A stretch of DNA of 64,000 nt. Origin: a virus. Taxonomy: Duplodnaviria > Caudoviricetes. The translations under genes were made by a program, and so were the position numbers. The notes beneath the pieces are model-generated. The model was not told where the DNA came from. It saw only the letters and a program-made list of their open reading frames with translations, and did not search any database. This document shows positions 19,690 through 28,804 of this stretch, one piece after another (within the stretch, counting starts at the first letter, position 1; every line of letters begins with the position of its first letter). The DNA is taken from the IMG/VR virus record IMGVR_UViG_3300032281_000616, positions 64,001 to 128,000 of that record; one strand, written 5' to 3'.

Positions 19690-19717
19690 TTGACTTTTTA
19701 GTTAAATATGGTAAATT
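19690..19717 (+). promoter_or_regulatory. sigma70-type promoter TTGACT-N16-TAAATT (TGn extended -10)
   Basis: Predicted +1 falls on the ATG at 19724. Confidence 0.55.
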
Positions 19718-20455
19718 ATGGATATGAGAATTGCCATGGTTGGTGCAGCAAACACCGGGAAGTCAACATTAGTCAAATTATTTCGTGATAAATGGCCCAT
19801 GTTCGTGAGTCCAACAAAAACATATAGAGATGTGATCACTGAATCTAATTTATCACATTCTTCTAATACATCTGAAGAAACTCAATTATTGATTTTGGAT
19901 TGGATGATGAAGGAGCAAGAAAAATATGGAGAGAAATCTAAAGTCATTTACGATCGTTGCCCTCTTGATAATCTAGTATATACACTATACGCAAATAGTA
20001 AAAATTTGATATCTGATGAGGTGTGCGCGGCTTCAATCTCTCTAGTTAGAGAATCCTTGAAAAATTTAGATATCATTTTCATGCTACGTTATGATCCAGA
20101 AATCAAAATCGTAGATGATGGAATGCGTGATACCGATCTACAATTTATTAAAGATACTGATCAAATTTTCGGTGATTTATATCATCAATATTGTGAGAAT
20201 TTGGAATCTGATATTTTCTTCCCGAAAGAAGATTGCCCAGCCATTATTCAAGTAGATGGTAAGAGTGTAGATGATAGAATTTGGTTTATTGGAGAATTTA
20301 TTGACTATAAAGGAGATCTAATCGAGACTACTAATAGTATCTTAGATCCAAGTAATGTTGATCTTCTTGAACAGATGTTGGGTGAACAACAAGCTGAGAT
20401 GGGTAAAGATGCTCAGATCAAATCCTTAATGAATCAAATCAAAACACAAAGATAA
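19718..20455 (+). CDS. P-loop nucleotide kinase-like protein (AAA_28/dNK-like); likely start 19724
   Basis: GAANTGKST at the N-terminus, DRCPLDNLVY. Confidence 0.8.
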   Translation: MDMRIAMVGAANTGKSTLVKLFRDKWPMFVSPTKTYRDVITESNLSHSSNTSEETQLLILDWMMKEQEKYGEKSKVIYDRCPLDNLVYTLYANSKNLISDEVCAASISLVRESLKNLDIIFMLRYDPEIKIVDDGMRDTDLQFIKDTDQIFGDLYHQYCENLESDIFFPKEDCPAIIQVDGKSVDDRIWFIGEFIDYKGDLIETTNSILDPSNVDLLEQMLGEQQAEMGKDAQIKSLMNQIKTQR

Positions 20456-20456
20456 T

Positions 20457-21284
20457 ATGTTGAGTGGATGTGATATGTCAAAGGTTGAAAAGATCGGAAT
20501 AGGAATCCTGACATGTAACAGGAAATCTATGCTTAATAAATTATTAGATTCTATCAAGTATAGAAATGATTGTGAGTTTATCATTATAAATGATGGAGAT
20601 GATTTGGAAGTAGAGGGATACAATTTCTACGTTAGAAATAATATGGAAAATTTAGGGGTCGCAAAATCCAAAAATTTAGCATTGAAACATTTATTGAATA
20701 AAGATTGTGATCACATCTTCTTAATTGAAGATGATATGCTGATTAAAAATGATCAAATTTTTGAAGCATACATCAAAGCATCCAAAGCTACAGGAATTCA
20801 ACATATGATGTTTGGGTACCATGGTCCAGCCAATAAAAATGGAATCTCGAAAGGAGAACCACATCCAAGATTAGTTGTGAAATACTCCGATAACGTTTCC
20901 ATTGCTCTGAATCAACATTGTGTCGGAGCGTTTTGTTATTACACGCGAAAATCTTTAGAAGATGTAGGGTTGATTGATGAGAATTTTAAAAATGCTTTTG
21001 ATCATGTTTCGCATAGTTATGAATTAGCTTTGAAAGGTTATTCAACACCTTATTGGTGGTGGGCTGATCTGGCCAATTCGTGTGATTATATTGAAGAACA
21101 AGCATGTTCTGAAGAATCATCCACGATTAAGACGAAAGAAAAGATGGAAGAGTGGAGAACTAATATGTATAAATCGTATGATTATTTTAAATCAAAATTT
21201 GGGGTCACACCTTTTGGATATGATGGGGTTCCTGATCAAACTGAAGATAACGTTTTAAAATTTTTAAAGACAATTAAACCATGA
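20457..21284 (+). CDS. GT2-family glycosyltransferase
   Basis: IGILTCNR, INDG, NLGVAKSKN, HIFLIEDD. Confidence 0.88.
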   Translation: MLSGCDMSKVEKIGIGILTCNRKSMLNKLLDSIKYRNDCEFIIINDGDDLEVEGYNFYVRNNMENLGVAKSKNLALKHLLNKDCDHIFLIEDDMLIKNDQIFEAYIKASKATGIQHMMFGYHGPANKNGISKGEPHPRLVVKYSDNVSIALNQHCVGAFCYYTRKSLEDVGLIDENFKNAFDHVSHSYELALKGYSTPYWWWADLANSCDYIEEQACSEESSTIKTKEKMEEWRTNMYKSYDYFKSKFGVTPFGYDGVPDQTEDNVLKFLKTIKP

Positions 21285-21964
21285 TGATTGATGCTATAAT
21301 ATTAAGTAATACTTTCGATTTGTCTCATTACGGCTTGACGAGTCGGACAATAAATAGTCTCAGGGTATCAGATCATTGTAATGATGTAGACATAATTGTA
21401 GTAGAATCTCAATCAATATTAGATTTTCAGACAAATGGGTTTTTATATCCCGGATGTAAAATCATCCACCCAAAAGATTCTTTTGGGTATAATAGATTCC
21501 TAAATATAGGGATCGATCAAACTGATCCTGATTCTGAATGGATTCTTATTTGTAATAATGACTTATTCTTTACCAAAGATTGGTTATCTGAAGCGAAGAA
21601 AATCATTGAAAAATATCCCAACATTAGATCATTTTCTCCTAGATGTCCCAATTGGCATTTGCATCAAAATCCTAGTGGTGATATTGTAGAAGGATATACA
21701 GTCTCGAAGGAAATTTGTGGGTGGTGTATTTTATTACATAGAGATATTATTGGTGAATGTGGGTTGTTTGACGAACAATTTGATTTTTGGTATCAAGATA
21801 ATGATTACGCAATGACACTAGAATCTTTTAATATTAAGCACGCTTTGATGAATAATAGCAAGGTTTATCATATGGTAAGTGGATCACATGATTTACTGAA
21901 TGATAGATATCAAGAATTAACACATAATCAACAACAAAAATTTTTGAATAAATGGATAAAGTAA
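21281..21964 (+). CDS. GT2-family glycosyltransferase
   Basis: FGYNRFLNIG, LICNND, FDEQFDFWYQDND. Confidence 0.85.
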   Translation: MMIDAIILSNTFDLSHYGLTSRTINSLRVSDHCNDVDIIVVESQSILDFQTNGFLYPGCKIIHPKDSFGYNRFLNIGIDQTDPDSEWILICNNDLFFTKDWLSEAKKIIEKYPNIRSFSPRCPNWHLHQNPSGDIVEGYTVSKEICGWCILLHRDIIGECGLFDEQFDFWYQDNDYAMTLESFNIKHALMNNSKVYHMVSGSHDLLNDRYQELTHNQQQKFLNKWIK

Positions 21965-22719
21965 TTTGTAATATTAGAGGAGTTGAATATAACTTTGAGA
22001 AAGAGTCAAACAAAAACATTGCATGTTTTAATTGGTTCATTGAAAGATTTGTATCAGAATCATGGGAACCTGAAACATTTGAATTTTTTGAAAATGTACA
22101 GGATTCAAAAAAAAATGCAATTGACATGGGTGCTTGGATCGGAGCGACCTCTATTTGGTTATCTAAAAAATTTAAAAATGTGTTATCTATAGATGCTGAT
22201 CCAGTGGCATATGATACTTTACTAAAAAATTTAAAATCATCGAATTGTGAAAATGTTATTCCTTTAAATCGTCCAGTGTATTCATCAGAATCAGATATTA
22301 TTTTTGGAGTCAATCAATTTAATGAAAATTTCCAAAAAGAAGGACTTGGTTCTTCGACTAGTCAAATAAAAAACGAATCGTTATTTGTCACCGACAGAGA
22401 GGTGAAGGGTATTCCAATGCAAAAAATAGATGATATGTTCCCATTTTCGGATGTATCGTTTGTCAAAGTTGATATTGAAGGTGGAGAAGAAAATATCTTA
22501 AATTCTCTATTTGAGTATGGAAAAAAATATAATCTTGAATTGTTAATATCTTTCCACTACGAATGGTGGGTCGATAAAAATATTCAAAGATTTTCGAATA
22601 TATTTAATGATATGAAAGATGTGAGATTTGATAGATGGATCAATAAAATTGATGATCATTCTGAAATAATACCACACATACTTTCGAACCCATTCACAAC
22701 CATTTACTTCAAATTTTAA
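21952..22719 (+). CDS. FkbM-family SAM-dependent methyltransferase
   Basis: AIDMGAWIG, SIDADP, FVKVDIEGGE. Confidence 0.9.
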   Translation: MDKVICNIRGVEYNFEKESNKNIACFNWFIERFVSESWEPETFEFFENVQDSKKNAIDMGAWIGATSIWLSKKFKNVLSIDADPVAYDTLLKNLKSSNCENVIPLNRPVYSSESDIIFGVNQFNENFQKEGLGSSTSQIKNESLFVTDREVKGIPMQKIDDMFPFSDVSFVKVDIEGGEENILNSLFEYGKKYNLELLISFHYEWWVDKNIQRFSNIFNDMKDVRFDRWINKIDDHSEIIPHILSNPFTTIYFKF

Positions 22720-22721
22720 TT

Positions 22722-23357
22722 ATGGATAATTTAGGATCTTGTATAAGAAATCATAAGATTGTTAATAAGTTTAACATTGTTATACCAACTTACAATTGTA
22801 ATACTATGTTGGATGTCATTATAAACTGCTTTTTATCTCAGACTTCTAATAATTGGAATATCACGATAGTATCCGATGGGTTTGATTCAAATTTATATAA
22901 ATTTGTCGATAGATACGAACACGATAACATCTCCTTTCACACTTTAAAAAAACGATATAATGATTGGGGACATACTCCGAGGGAATATGGAATATATCAA
23001 AGCGATTGCGAATACACTATAATGACCGGATTCGATAATTATTACGTCCCAACGTTTATTGAAGAATTTGACAAAGCAACAAAAATTTTTGAAAATGTTG
23101 ATATGGTATTTTGTGATTTTGTTCTAAATCATTTACGAGATAACATACCATACAATGGTTATATTGAATCTAAATTAGAAGTTAATTTTATCGACATTGG
23201 CAATTTTGCGACAAAGACATCTTTATTAAAAAATGTCGGGTTTAAATGGCGAAACTTCGCAGCAGATTGGTCGTTGGTCGAAGAGTTGAAGAGGAAAATA
23301 CCCGAGAGAAATAGTAAAATAGTTAAAATACCTCAAACTTTATACATACACAATTAA
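22722..23357 (+). CDS. GT2-family glycosyltransferase
   Basis: IVIPTYN, VSDG, NDWGHTPR, FDNYY, ADW. Confidence 0.85.
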   Translation: MDNLGSCIRNHKIVNKFNIVIPTYNCNTMLDVIINCFLSQTSNNWNITIVSDGFDSNLYKFVDRYEHDNISFHTLKKRYNDWGHTPREYGIYQSDCEYTIMTGFDNYYVPTFIEEFDKATKIFENVDMVFCDFVLNHLRDNIPYNGYIESKLEVNFIDIGNFATKTSLLKNVGFKWRNFAADWSLVEELKRKIPERNSKIVKIPQTLYIHN

Positions 23358-23361
23358 TATT

Positions 23362-24087
23362 ATGAATATTGAATTATACACTATAACTTACAATGAGGAA
23401 AAAATTCTACCTTTTTTTCTCGATCATTATTCAAATTTTTGTGATATTATCAATGTTTACGATAACATGTCAACAGATAAAACATTAGAAATATTGAATA
23501 ATTTCGATAGATGTAAAATTAATATCATACCATATGACACTAACTCCAAACTAGACGATTCTGTATATTTAGATATTAAAAATAATTGTTGGAAAAACTC
23601 ATCAGCCGATTATACTATAATAGTTGATGCCGACGAATTTTTATATCATCCTAATATTATAGATTTTTTAAAAAATACCGATGAATATCTCTATAGGCCA
23701 TTGGGATATGATATGTGGTCAGAAAAATTTCCACAGAAAGATATATTAAATGAAATCAATATGGGGATTCGCTCAATCAACTACGATAAAATATGTATTT
23801 TTAATCCTAATGAAATAAAACAAATTAACTACTCATTGGGTTGTCATCAAGCGAATCCTATTTTAAATTATGGTGGGGGGGTTGATATAACGATATATGA
23901 TGATTTAAAATTACTACACTATAAAAATATATCATTTGATTATAGATACAACAAGCATCAGGAATATCTAAAAAGATTGAGTAAATTCAATATTGACACT
24001 GGTTCTGGGATACATTACACCTTTTCTGAGAAACAACAGTATGAAGAATTTGAAAATATATCTAAAAAAATAAAAAAAATTATATGA
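23362..24087 (+). CDS. GT-A glycosyltransferase (GT2/GT92-like)
   Basis: TITYNEEKILPFFLDHY, YDNMSTD, IVDADEFL. Confidence 0.85.
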   Translation: MNIELYTITYNEEKILPFFLDHYSNFCDIINVYDNMSTDKTLEILNNFDRCKINIIPYDTNSKLDDSVYLDIKNNCWKNSSADYTIIVDADEFLYHPNIIDFLKNTDEYLYRPLGYDMWSEKFPQKDILNEINMGIRSINYDKICIFNPNEIKQINYSLGCHQANPILNYGGGVDITIYDDLKLLHYKNISFDYRYNKHQEYLKRLSKFNIDTGSGIHYTFSEKQQYEEFENISKKIKKII

Positions 24088-24719
24088 AACCTATATCAGT
24101 AACACTAACCACTTGTGGCCGTTTAGATTTATTAAAATCCACCATAGATTCTTTTCTTGATACTAATTCATATGCTATTGATGATTTTACGATTATTTGC
24201 GATGATCCAGAGTCGAATAATTCAGTATTTAGAGAGTATGGTAAAGATTTTGAAGTGATTTGCAACTCAAAAAATATAGGACAAAAAAAATCTTTAGATA
24301 TTTTATTCTCCAATGCTAAAAATGAATATATTTTTCATTTGGAAGATGATTGGTATTTCGATAATAAAAGCCCGTATATTTTAAATTCTATCAAAATATT
24401 AGAAAACAATCCAGATATACACCAAGTTTGGTTGCGTCATGAACACGATAACCCACACAAAACAATTGGTGAAAATGAGATATTAGAAGATTTCTCTTAT
24501 AGATACGTCGATCCAAATTTTAGAGATTGCTGGTGTGGATATTCTTGGAATCCGGGATTGCGTCGAAAAAGTGATTATTTGAAAATGTTTCCAAGCGGAA
24601 TAAAGAAACATGTTGATGAATTGGAGTGTTCCTTATATGTTAAAAATTTTAATTATAAAGCTGTGTTGTTGAATCCCACAGTTTGTTACCATATTGGATA
24701 TAATAGAAGCACACAATGA
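24084..24719 (+). CDS. GT2-family glycosyltransferase
   Basis: TTCGRLDLL, IFHLEDDW, SWNPGLRR. Confidence 0.85.
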   Translation: MKPISVTLTTCGRLDLLKSTIDSFLDTNSYAIDDFTIICDDPESNNSVFREYGKDFEVICNSKNIGQKKSLDILFSNAKNEYIFHLEDDWYFDNKSPYILNSIKILENNPDIHQVWLRHEHDNPHKTIGENEILEDFSYRYVDPNFRDCWCGYSWNPGLRRKSDYLKMFPSGIKKHVDELECSLYVKNFNYKAVLLNPTVCYHIGYNRSTQ

Positions 24720-25390
24720 AAAATAAAATAATAATAGGTGAAACGTGTCTTTTAGATAAACAGTTGAGAAGATGTGGTATAATAAATGGACCACACGGAT
24801 TATTCGATAACGTATTGATTAATTTGGATGGTGTGAAATATATAATAGAAAATGATTTCAGTTATATTTTAGATCGGAATTTTTTAATAAACGAATCGTA
24901 TAATTATTATCCTAAACATAATATAATTTATAGTAAATGGATTAACAAAAAGTATTCAATAGATCGAGATAATATATATTCTTGGAATGTTATGTCATTT
25001 TTTCATTTAGATAATATAAATAATTTAGATAGTTTGTGTAGAAAATTGAACAGAACCAAATCTTGGTTAGAAGATTCTAATGATGTTGTGATGTTCTACT
25101 ATTATAGAAGATCCGATAAATATAATACACAGAAACATGAAAACAAAATAATAAATTTTTCTAATTTTATAAATAAAAAATACAATAAAACAATCAAAAT
25201 AGTTAATTTTAATAATTTGATAGGTGAATCACATTATGATATTAAAATGTTTGAAGAATTGATATTATCGATTGATATATATTCTAAAAATTGTTGGACT
25301 GATATAGATGATAATTGGGATGCACATACTGATAATTTTTTATTTGATAAAATATTCAATTGTCAAAAATTTCTAGAATTTGTAAAATGA
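24716..25390 (+). CDS. hypothetical protein, possibly DUF1796 papain-like family
   Basis: N-terminal IIGETCLLDKQLRRCG..HGLFDNV recalls the DUF1796 SLGxxC...PFDW pattern (weak). Confidence 0.4.
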   Translation: MKNKIIIGETCLLDKQLRRCGIINGPHGLFDNVLINLDGVKYIIENDFSYILDRNFLINESYNYYPKHNIIYSKWINKKYSIDRDNIYSWNVMSFFHLDNINNLDSLCRKLNRTKSWLEDSNDVVMFYYYRRSDKYNTQKHENKIINFSNFINKKYNKTIKIVNFNNLIGESHYDIKMFEELILSIDIYSKNCWTDIDDNWDAHTDNFLFDKIFNCQKFLEFVK

Positions 25391-26160
25391 AAGCATTGGT
25401 AATATGTCCAACCATAGGTAGGGTTCCTTACCTAAACAGAATGCTATCATCTTTCACGAATCAAACTTACGATGATAAACATTTGGTCGTAGTTAATGAT
25501 GACAAACATATTCAAATCTGTTGTGATAGATCGGATGTTACAGTCATAAATTGTAACAAGAGGATGACGATATCCGATAAAAGAAATATAGCAATCTTAG
25601 CCAAAGATGCTGATATAATATTTCCTTTAGATGATGATGATATATTTACTCCAGATAGAATATCTAATCATATGAATCAGTATGATAAAGAAGATATTAA
25701 CGGATATAGAAATTTAGAATCTTATATAATTTACGGTGATGTTTTTAAAAAATCGAATTCTTGTCCACACAACGCGATGTCTTTTAAGAAGAGTGAGTGG
25801 TTCCGGGTTGGTGGTTACAAAAATGATATCAGAATATATCAAGATATTGAATTACATGATAGTATCACTAAGTTGAAGGTTGAAAGAGATTCAAAAAATA
25901 AAGATTTTATATATCATTTCGGTGGAGTTAATTATCATTCATGTTGTTTTACACCGGATGAACACGAGGCTAAAACAGGAGAAATTGCTTATAAACAGTT
26001 GGAAAAAATGAATTTACTTTATAGAAAATATTCGATCATCCCAGATGACGAAGAATATGATAAATGTATGAAATTGAAGAAAATGTTTGACTTTGGGGAA
26101 GAAGAGATTACAATAAAGCATATTTCCGATGGAAAAATAGATATATCACATTTATTATAA
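25387..26160 (+). CDS. GT2-family glycosyltransferase
   Basis: ICPTIGR, VVVNDD, ISDKRN, FPLDDDD; ATG at 25387 overlaps the upstream stop. Confidence 0.88.
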   Translation: MKALVICPTIGRVPYLNRMLSSFTNQTYDDKHLVVVNDDKHIQICCDRSDVTVINCNKRMTISDKRNIAILAKDADIIFPLDDDDIFTPDRISNHMNQYDKEDINGYRNLESYIIYGDVFKKSNSCPHNAMSFKKSEWFRVGGYKNDIRIYQDIELHDSITKLKVERDSKNKDFIYHFGGVNYHSCCFTPDEHEAKTGEIAYKQLEKMNLLYRKYSIIPDDEEYDKCMKLKKMFDFGEEEITIKHISDGKIDISHLL

Positions 26161-26161
26161 T

Positions 26162-26506
26162 ATGTTCGACGCTGTAAATTATCTACTACACGAAAAGAAT
26201 AAAACCGAATTGGATGCTGATCTGATTCAGGAATTTAATCCACATATAACTACGAAAACCTTTTCATTCTACGATTCTGGTAAGTATTGTGATTATATTA
26301 ATGATACTTTGAATGTATACTCCAATCTATTCAAGGAAAAGGACGAACAATTCAAATTCTTCGATTCTATCATTCCAAAATTGAAGAGGAGAAAATCAGA
26401 ATATATCAAGAGAAAATATAAGGAAGAAGAAAAGTCAGAAATTCAGCATATACCAGAATTCATGTCTAAGAGAGAATTGGAATATTATGAACAAGGAAGA
26501 AATTAA
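26162..26506 (+). CDS. gp62: Sliding clamp loader small subunit (gp62-like)
   Basis: MFDAVNYL...FNPHI...QFKFFDSIIPKLKRR pattern. Confidence 0.7.
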   Translation: MFDAVNYLLHEKNKTELDADLIQEFNPHITTKTFSFYDSGKYCDYINDTLNVYSNLFKEKDEQFKFFDSIIPKLKRRKSEYIKRKYKEEEKSEIQHIPEFMSKRELEYYEQGRN

Positions 26507-26771
26507 AGCTAAGAGAATCGAATTGAGGACACTAGAATCGGAGGAAAGATCTAAAATATTGCACCCTCATATTGAAAAATATCACACATTAGAGAAAAAA
26601 TTACAAGATGAATGTGAGGAAAGTGGTCACTATTTTCAAATATGTTACTATAATTGGGGGAGTTTTGATGATAGGAAATACACACATGAATCAATGTTGT
26701 GTAAATATTGTCATAAACGCATTTTCGTTCCACACGACGAAGTTGACAATGTGAAAAGACAAAATAAATAA
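26487..26771 (+). CDS. hypothetical protein
   Basis: 94 aa ORF with a CxxC motif. Confidence 0.6.
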   Translation: MNKEEIKAKRIELRTLESEERSKILHPHIEKYHTLEKKLQDECEESGHYFQICYYNWGSFDDRKYTHESMLCKYCHKRIFVPHDEVDNVKRQNK

Positions 26772-26777
26772 AGTCCT

Positions 26778-27209
26778 ATGCAAAGAGCAATTCACATCGA
26801 ACGAGATCCAATTTCAATTGACCACGCACCTGTTCAAAAATCACATATTGATCTCTCTGATCGATCTTTACCGAGTGATTTTGGATTAGATGATTACATC
26901 TTCTCTCAACTTCTCGATGATATTATTTTAGTTGAATATGCTGATATTGTTATGGACGAAGCTGCTGGTGATTACATTCTAAGAAAGGGTATTGCCATTC
27001 CAGTCAATCAAATTCACAATGCTTGGAGAAAGGGTAAGGTTGTTTTGACTGGTCCTCAAGTTCGTTGGGTTAATGTTGGTGACATTGTAGTTTTCCCGAA
27101 CAATATGGGAATCCCAATTACTAATCTAGAAGTAGAGGGTCATGGGACTATGAAGAACGGTCTATTCCTTAATGAGCAAAGATTGTTTGGTATTTGTAAA
27201 GCTAAGTGA
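26778..27209 (+). CDS. groES: GroES/Cpn10-like co-chaperonin
   Basis: DDIILVE...GIAIP...GKVVLTGPQVRWVNVGDIVVF...LNEQRLFG. Confidence 0.8.
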   Translation: MQRAIHIERDPISIDHAPVQKSHIDLSDRSLPSDFGLDDYIFSQLLDDIILVEYADIVMDEAAGDYILRKGIAIPVNQIHNAWRKGKVVLTGPQVRWVNVGDIVVFPNNMGIPITNLEVEGHGTMKNGLFLNEQRLFGICKAK

Positions 27210-27856
27210 TTATGAAAGACTACGACAAGACAACTCTGGGTGAATTATACGAAGATATAAGTCGTGGTAATTTCGATTGGGATTATTTATTCGAATCTGG
27301 AATGGGATCAGATTCAGTTTTGTTATGGGAAAGTTTGAAAAAAATATCCTCTGGTGAATCCGCGAATGGGACCGAGGATGTGTATGAGGTTGTATTGAAC
27401 AATGGTCAATCGTTTTATGTTTTTTTCAGTTTCTTAAATCCTAAGAAAACAAACGATACCATAATCAACAATACTTTAGCAAATAATAAAAATGATTCAC
27501 CCACCGAAGCGTTTCGCTTATATAATAAACATTTTTCAGATCTAAAACCTACCGACAGAATGTGTTATATATCTTTCAAAGATGAAAGAGGTCGTCAACA
27601 TACCACAGGAGAAGTTGGTTTAGCTGCAAAGGGGTTATTTTCTGGATTGAAGGGTGCTATGTTGGATAGCCTTTGGGGTGATTCCCAGAATCATATAAAT
27701 CTAAAGGCTATTTGTATAAAGGCAAATGGGAAAGATCCTTCAAGAGTAAGTCTTTTTAAAAAATTAATGGAGAAATATTTAGCGGATACTTACCCACATA
27801 TTATTATGGATTATAATTCTGATTCTCCGTTTGTATCCATCATGGCAACTAAATAA
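27206..27856 (+). CDS. hypothetical protein (distant similarity to 43947-44468)
   Basis: 216 aa ORF. Confidence 0.7.
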   Translation: MIMKDYDKTTLGELYEDISRGNFDWDYLFESGMGSDSVLLWESLKKISSGESANGTEDVYEVVLNNGQSFYVFFSFLNPKKTNDTIINNTLANNKNDSPTEAFRLYNKHFSDLKPTDRMCYISFKDERGRQHTTGEVGLAAKGLFSGLKGAMLDSLWGDSQNHINLKAICIKANGKDPSRVSLFKKLMEKYLADTYPHIIMDYNSDSPFVSIMATK

Positions 27857-27860
27857 TTGA

Positions 27861-28406
27861 ATGGCGAAGCGTTCTACCAAAGACAGATATGAAAGAATTT
27901 GGCAGGACTCTAAAGGAAATCTTCGTGATGCTTGGGGTCGATTCTTAAAAAGTTGGCAAGAGATCGATGGTTACAAAGAAGAAGAGAATTATCAATCTCA
28001 AATTAAACAATCTGATAGACAAATTCAAAGAGGTGAGTTAAAAAATATACTCACTAATAATGTCTGTGAGATTGTTTTTGTGCGTAGAAGACCCGAGAGA
28101 GCACCGGGAAGACCGGAGGTTAGGAGAATGCTATGCACATTATGTAGAAACATCCAAGTATCTGAAAGAGGAAAACGATCTCTTTCTTTTGAAGAACCAA
28201 AGACAAGCAGGAGGTTGGACGAAGTAAAACACAACATCGTAGTGGTTTGGGATATAATACAATGCAAATATCGCAATGTGAGTATGGACACATGCTATCT
28301 AAGACAGACAATACCCGGAGATGAAACTTTTTGGAAATATTATGATAAGGTATTTGCGCCAATGTCCTTTGGGCAAAAATCACAATGGATAGACTCTATC
28401 ACTTGA
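27861..28406 (+). CDS. WYL_2/DUF2693-like Sm/SH3 protein
   Basis: VCEIVFVRR...RRMLCTL...VVWDI...YRNV; TAAATA-N5-ATG. Confidence 0.6.
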   Translation: MAKRSTKDRYERIWQDSKGNLRDAWGRFLKSWQEIDGYKEEENYQSQIKQSDRQIQRGELKNILTNNVCEIVFVRRRPERAPGRPEVRRMLCTLCRNIQVSERGKRSLSFEEPKTSRRLDEVKHNIVVVWDIIQCKYRNVSMDTCYLRQTIPGDETFWKYYDKVFAPMSFGQKSQWIDSIT

Positions 28407-28435
28407 TTAATTTTTAAATTGTTGTAAGTAACATC

Positions 28436-28771
28436 ATGATTAAACTGGAGAATGATCTTAAAGATATCGTGTTAAAAAATGTAGATTTTCAAATAGACGG
28501 GAAATCGATTAAAAAAGGTAAGGTTAAGGTTTTTAATACAAAACAATTTTTCATACGATTTAAATTGGAGAATGAAGAAAAAACTATAGAGTATGATTTG
28601 CCTTATCCGTTTAGAGTTGTTAAAAATCCCAAAGGTTATTTGTTTGATTATTCATTGTCAGCATTTTGCCCAAGAACAGAAGAATTATACTGGAAGATGA
28701 AACTTATGAATAAATCAGAAGCTTCCAGACTGCACGACAATTATCTCCATGTAATCACTTTATCTGCTTGA
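28436..28771 (+). CDS. hypothetical late protein
   Basis: 111 aa ORF; TAAGTA-N5-ATG. Confidence 0.7.
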   Translation: MIKLENDLKDIVLKNVDFQIDGKSIKKGKVKVFNTKQFFIRFKLENEEKTIEYDLPYPFRVVKNPKGYLFDYSLSAFCPRTEELYWKMKLMNKSEASRLHDNYLHVITLSA

Positions 28772-28796
28772 CTTTTGGTATCTTTGTGAGTATAAT
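28768..28796 (+). promoter_or_regulatory. Near-consensus sigma70 promoter TTGACT-N17-TATAAT
   Basis: Read directly from the sequence; 8 nt before the helicase ATG. Confidence 0.85.
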
Positions 28797-28804
28797 TTCA
28801 GTAG

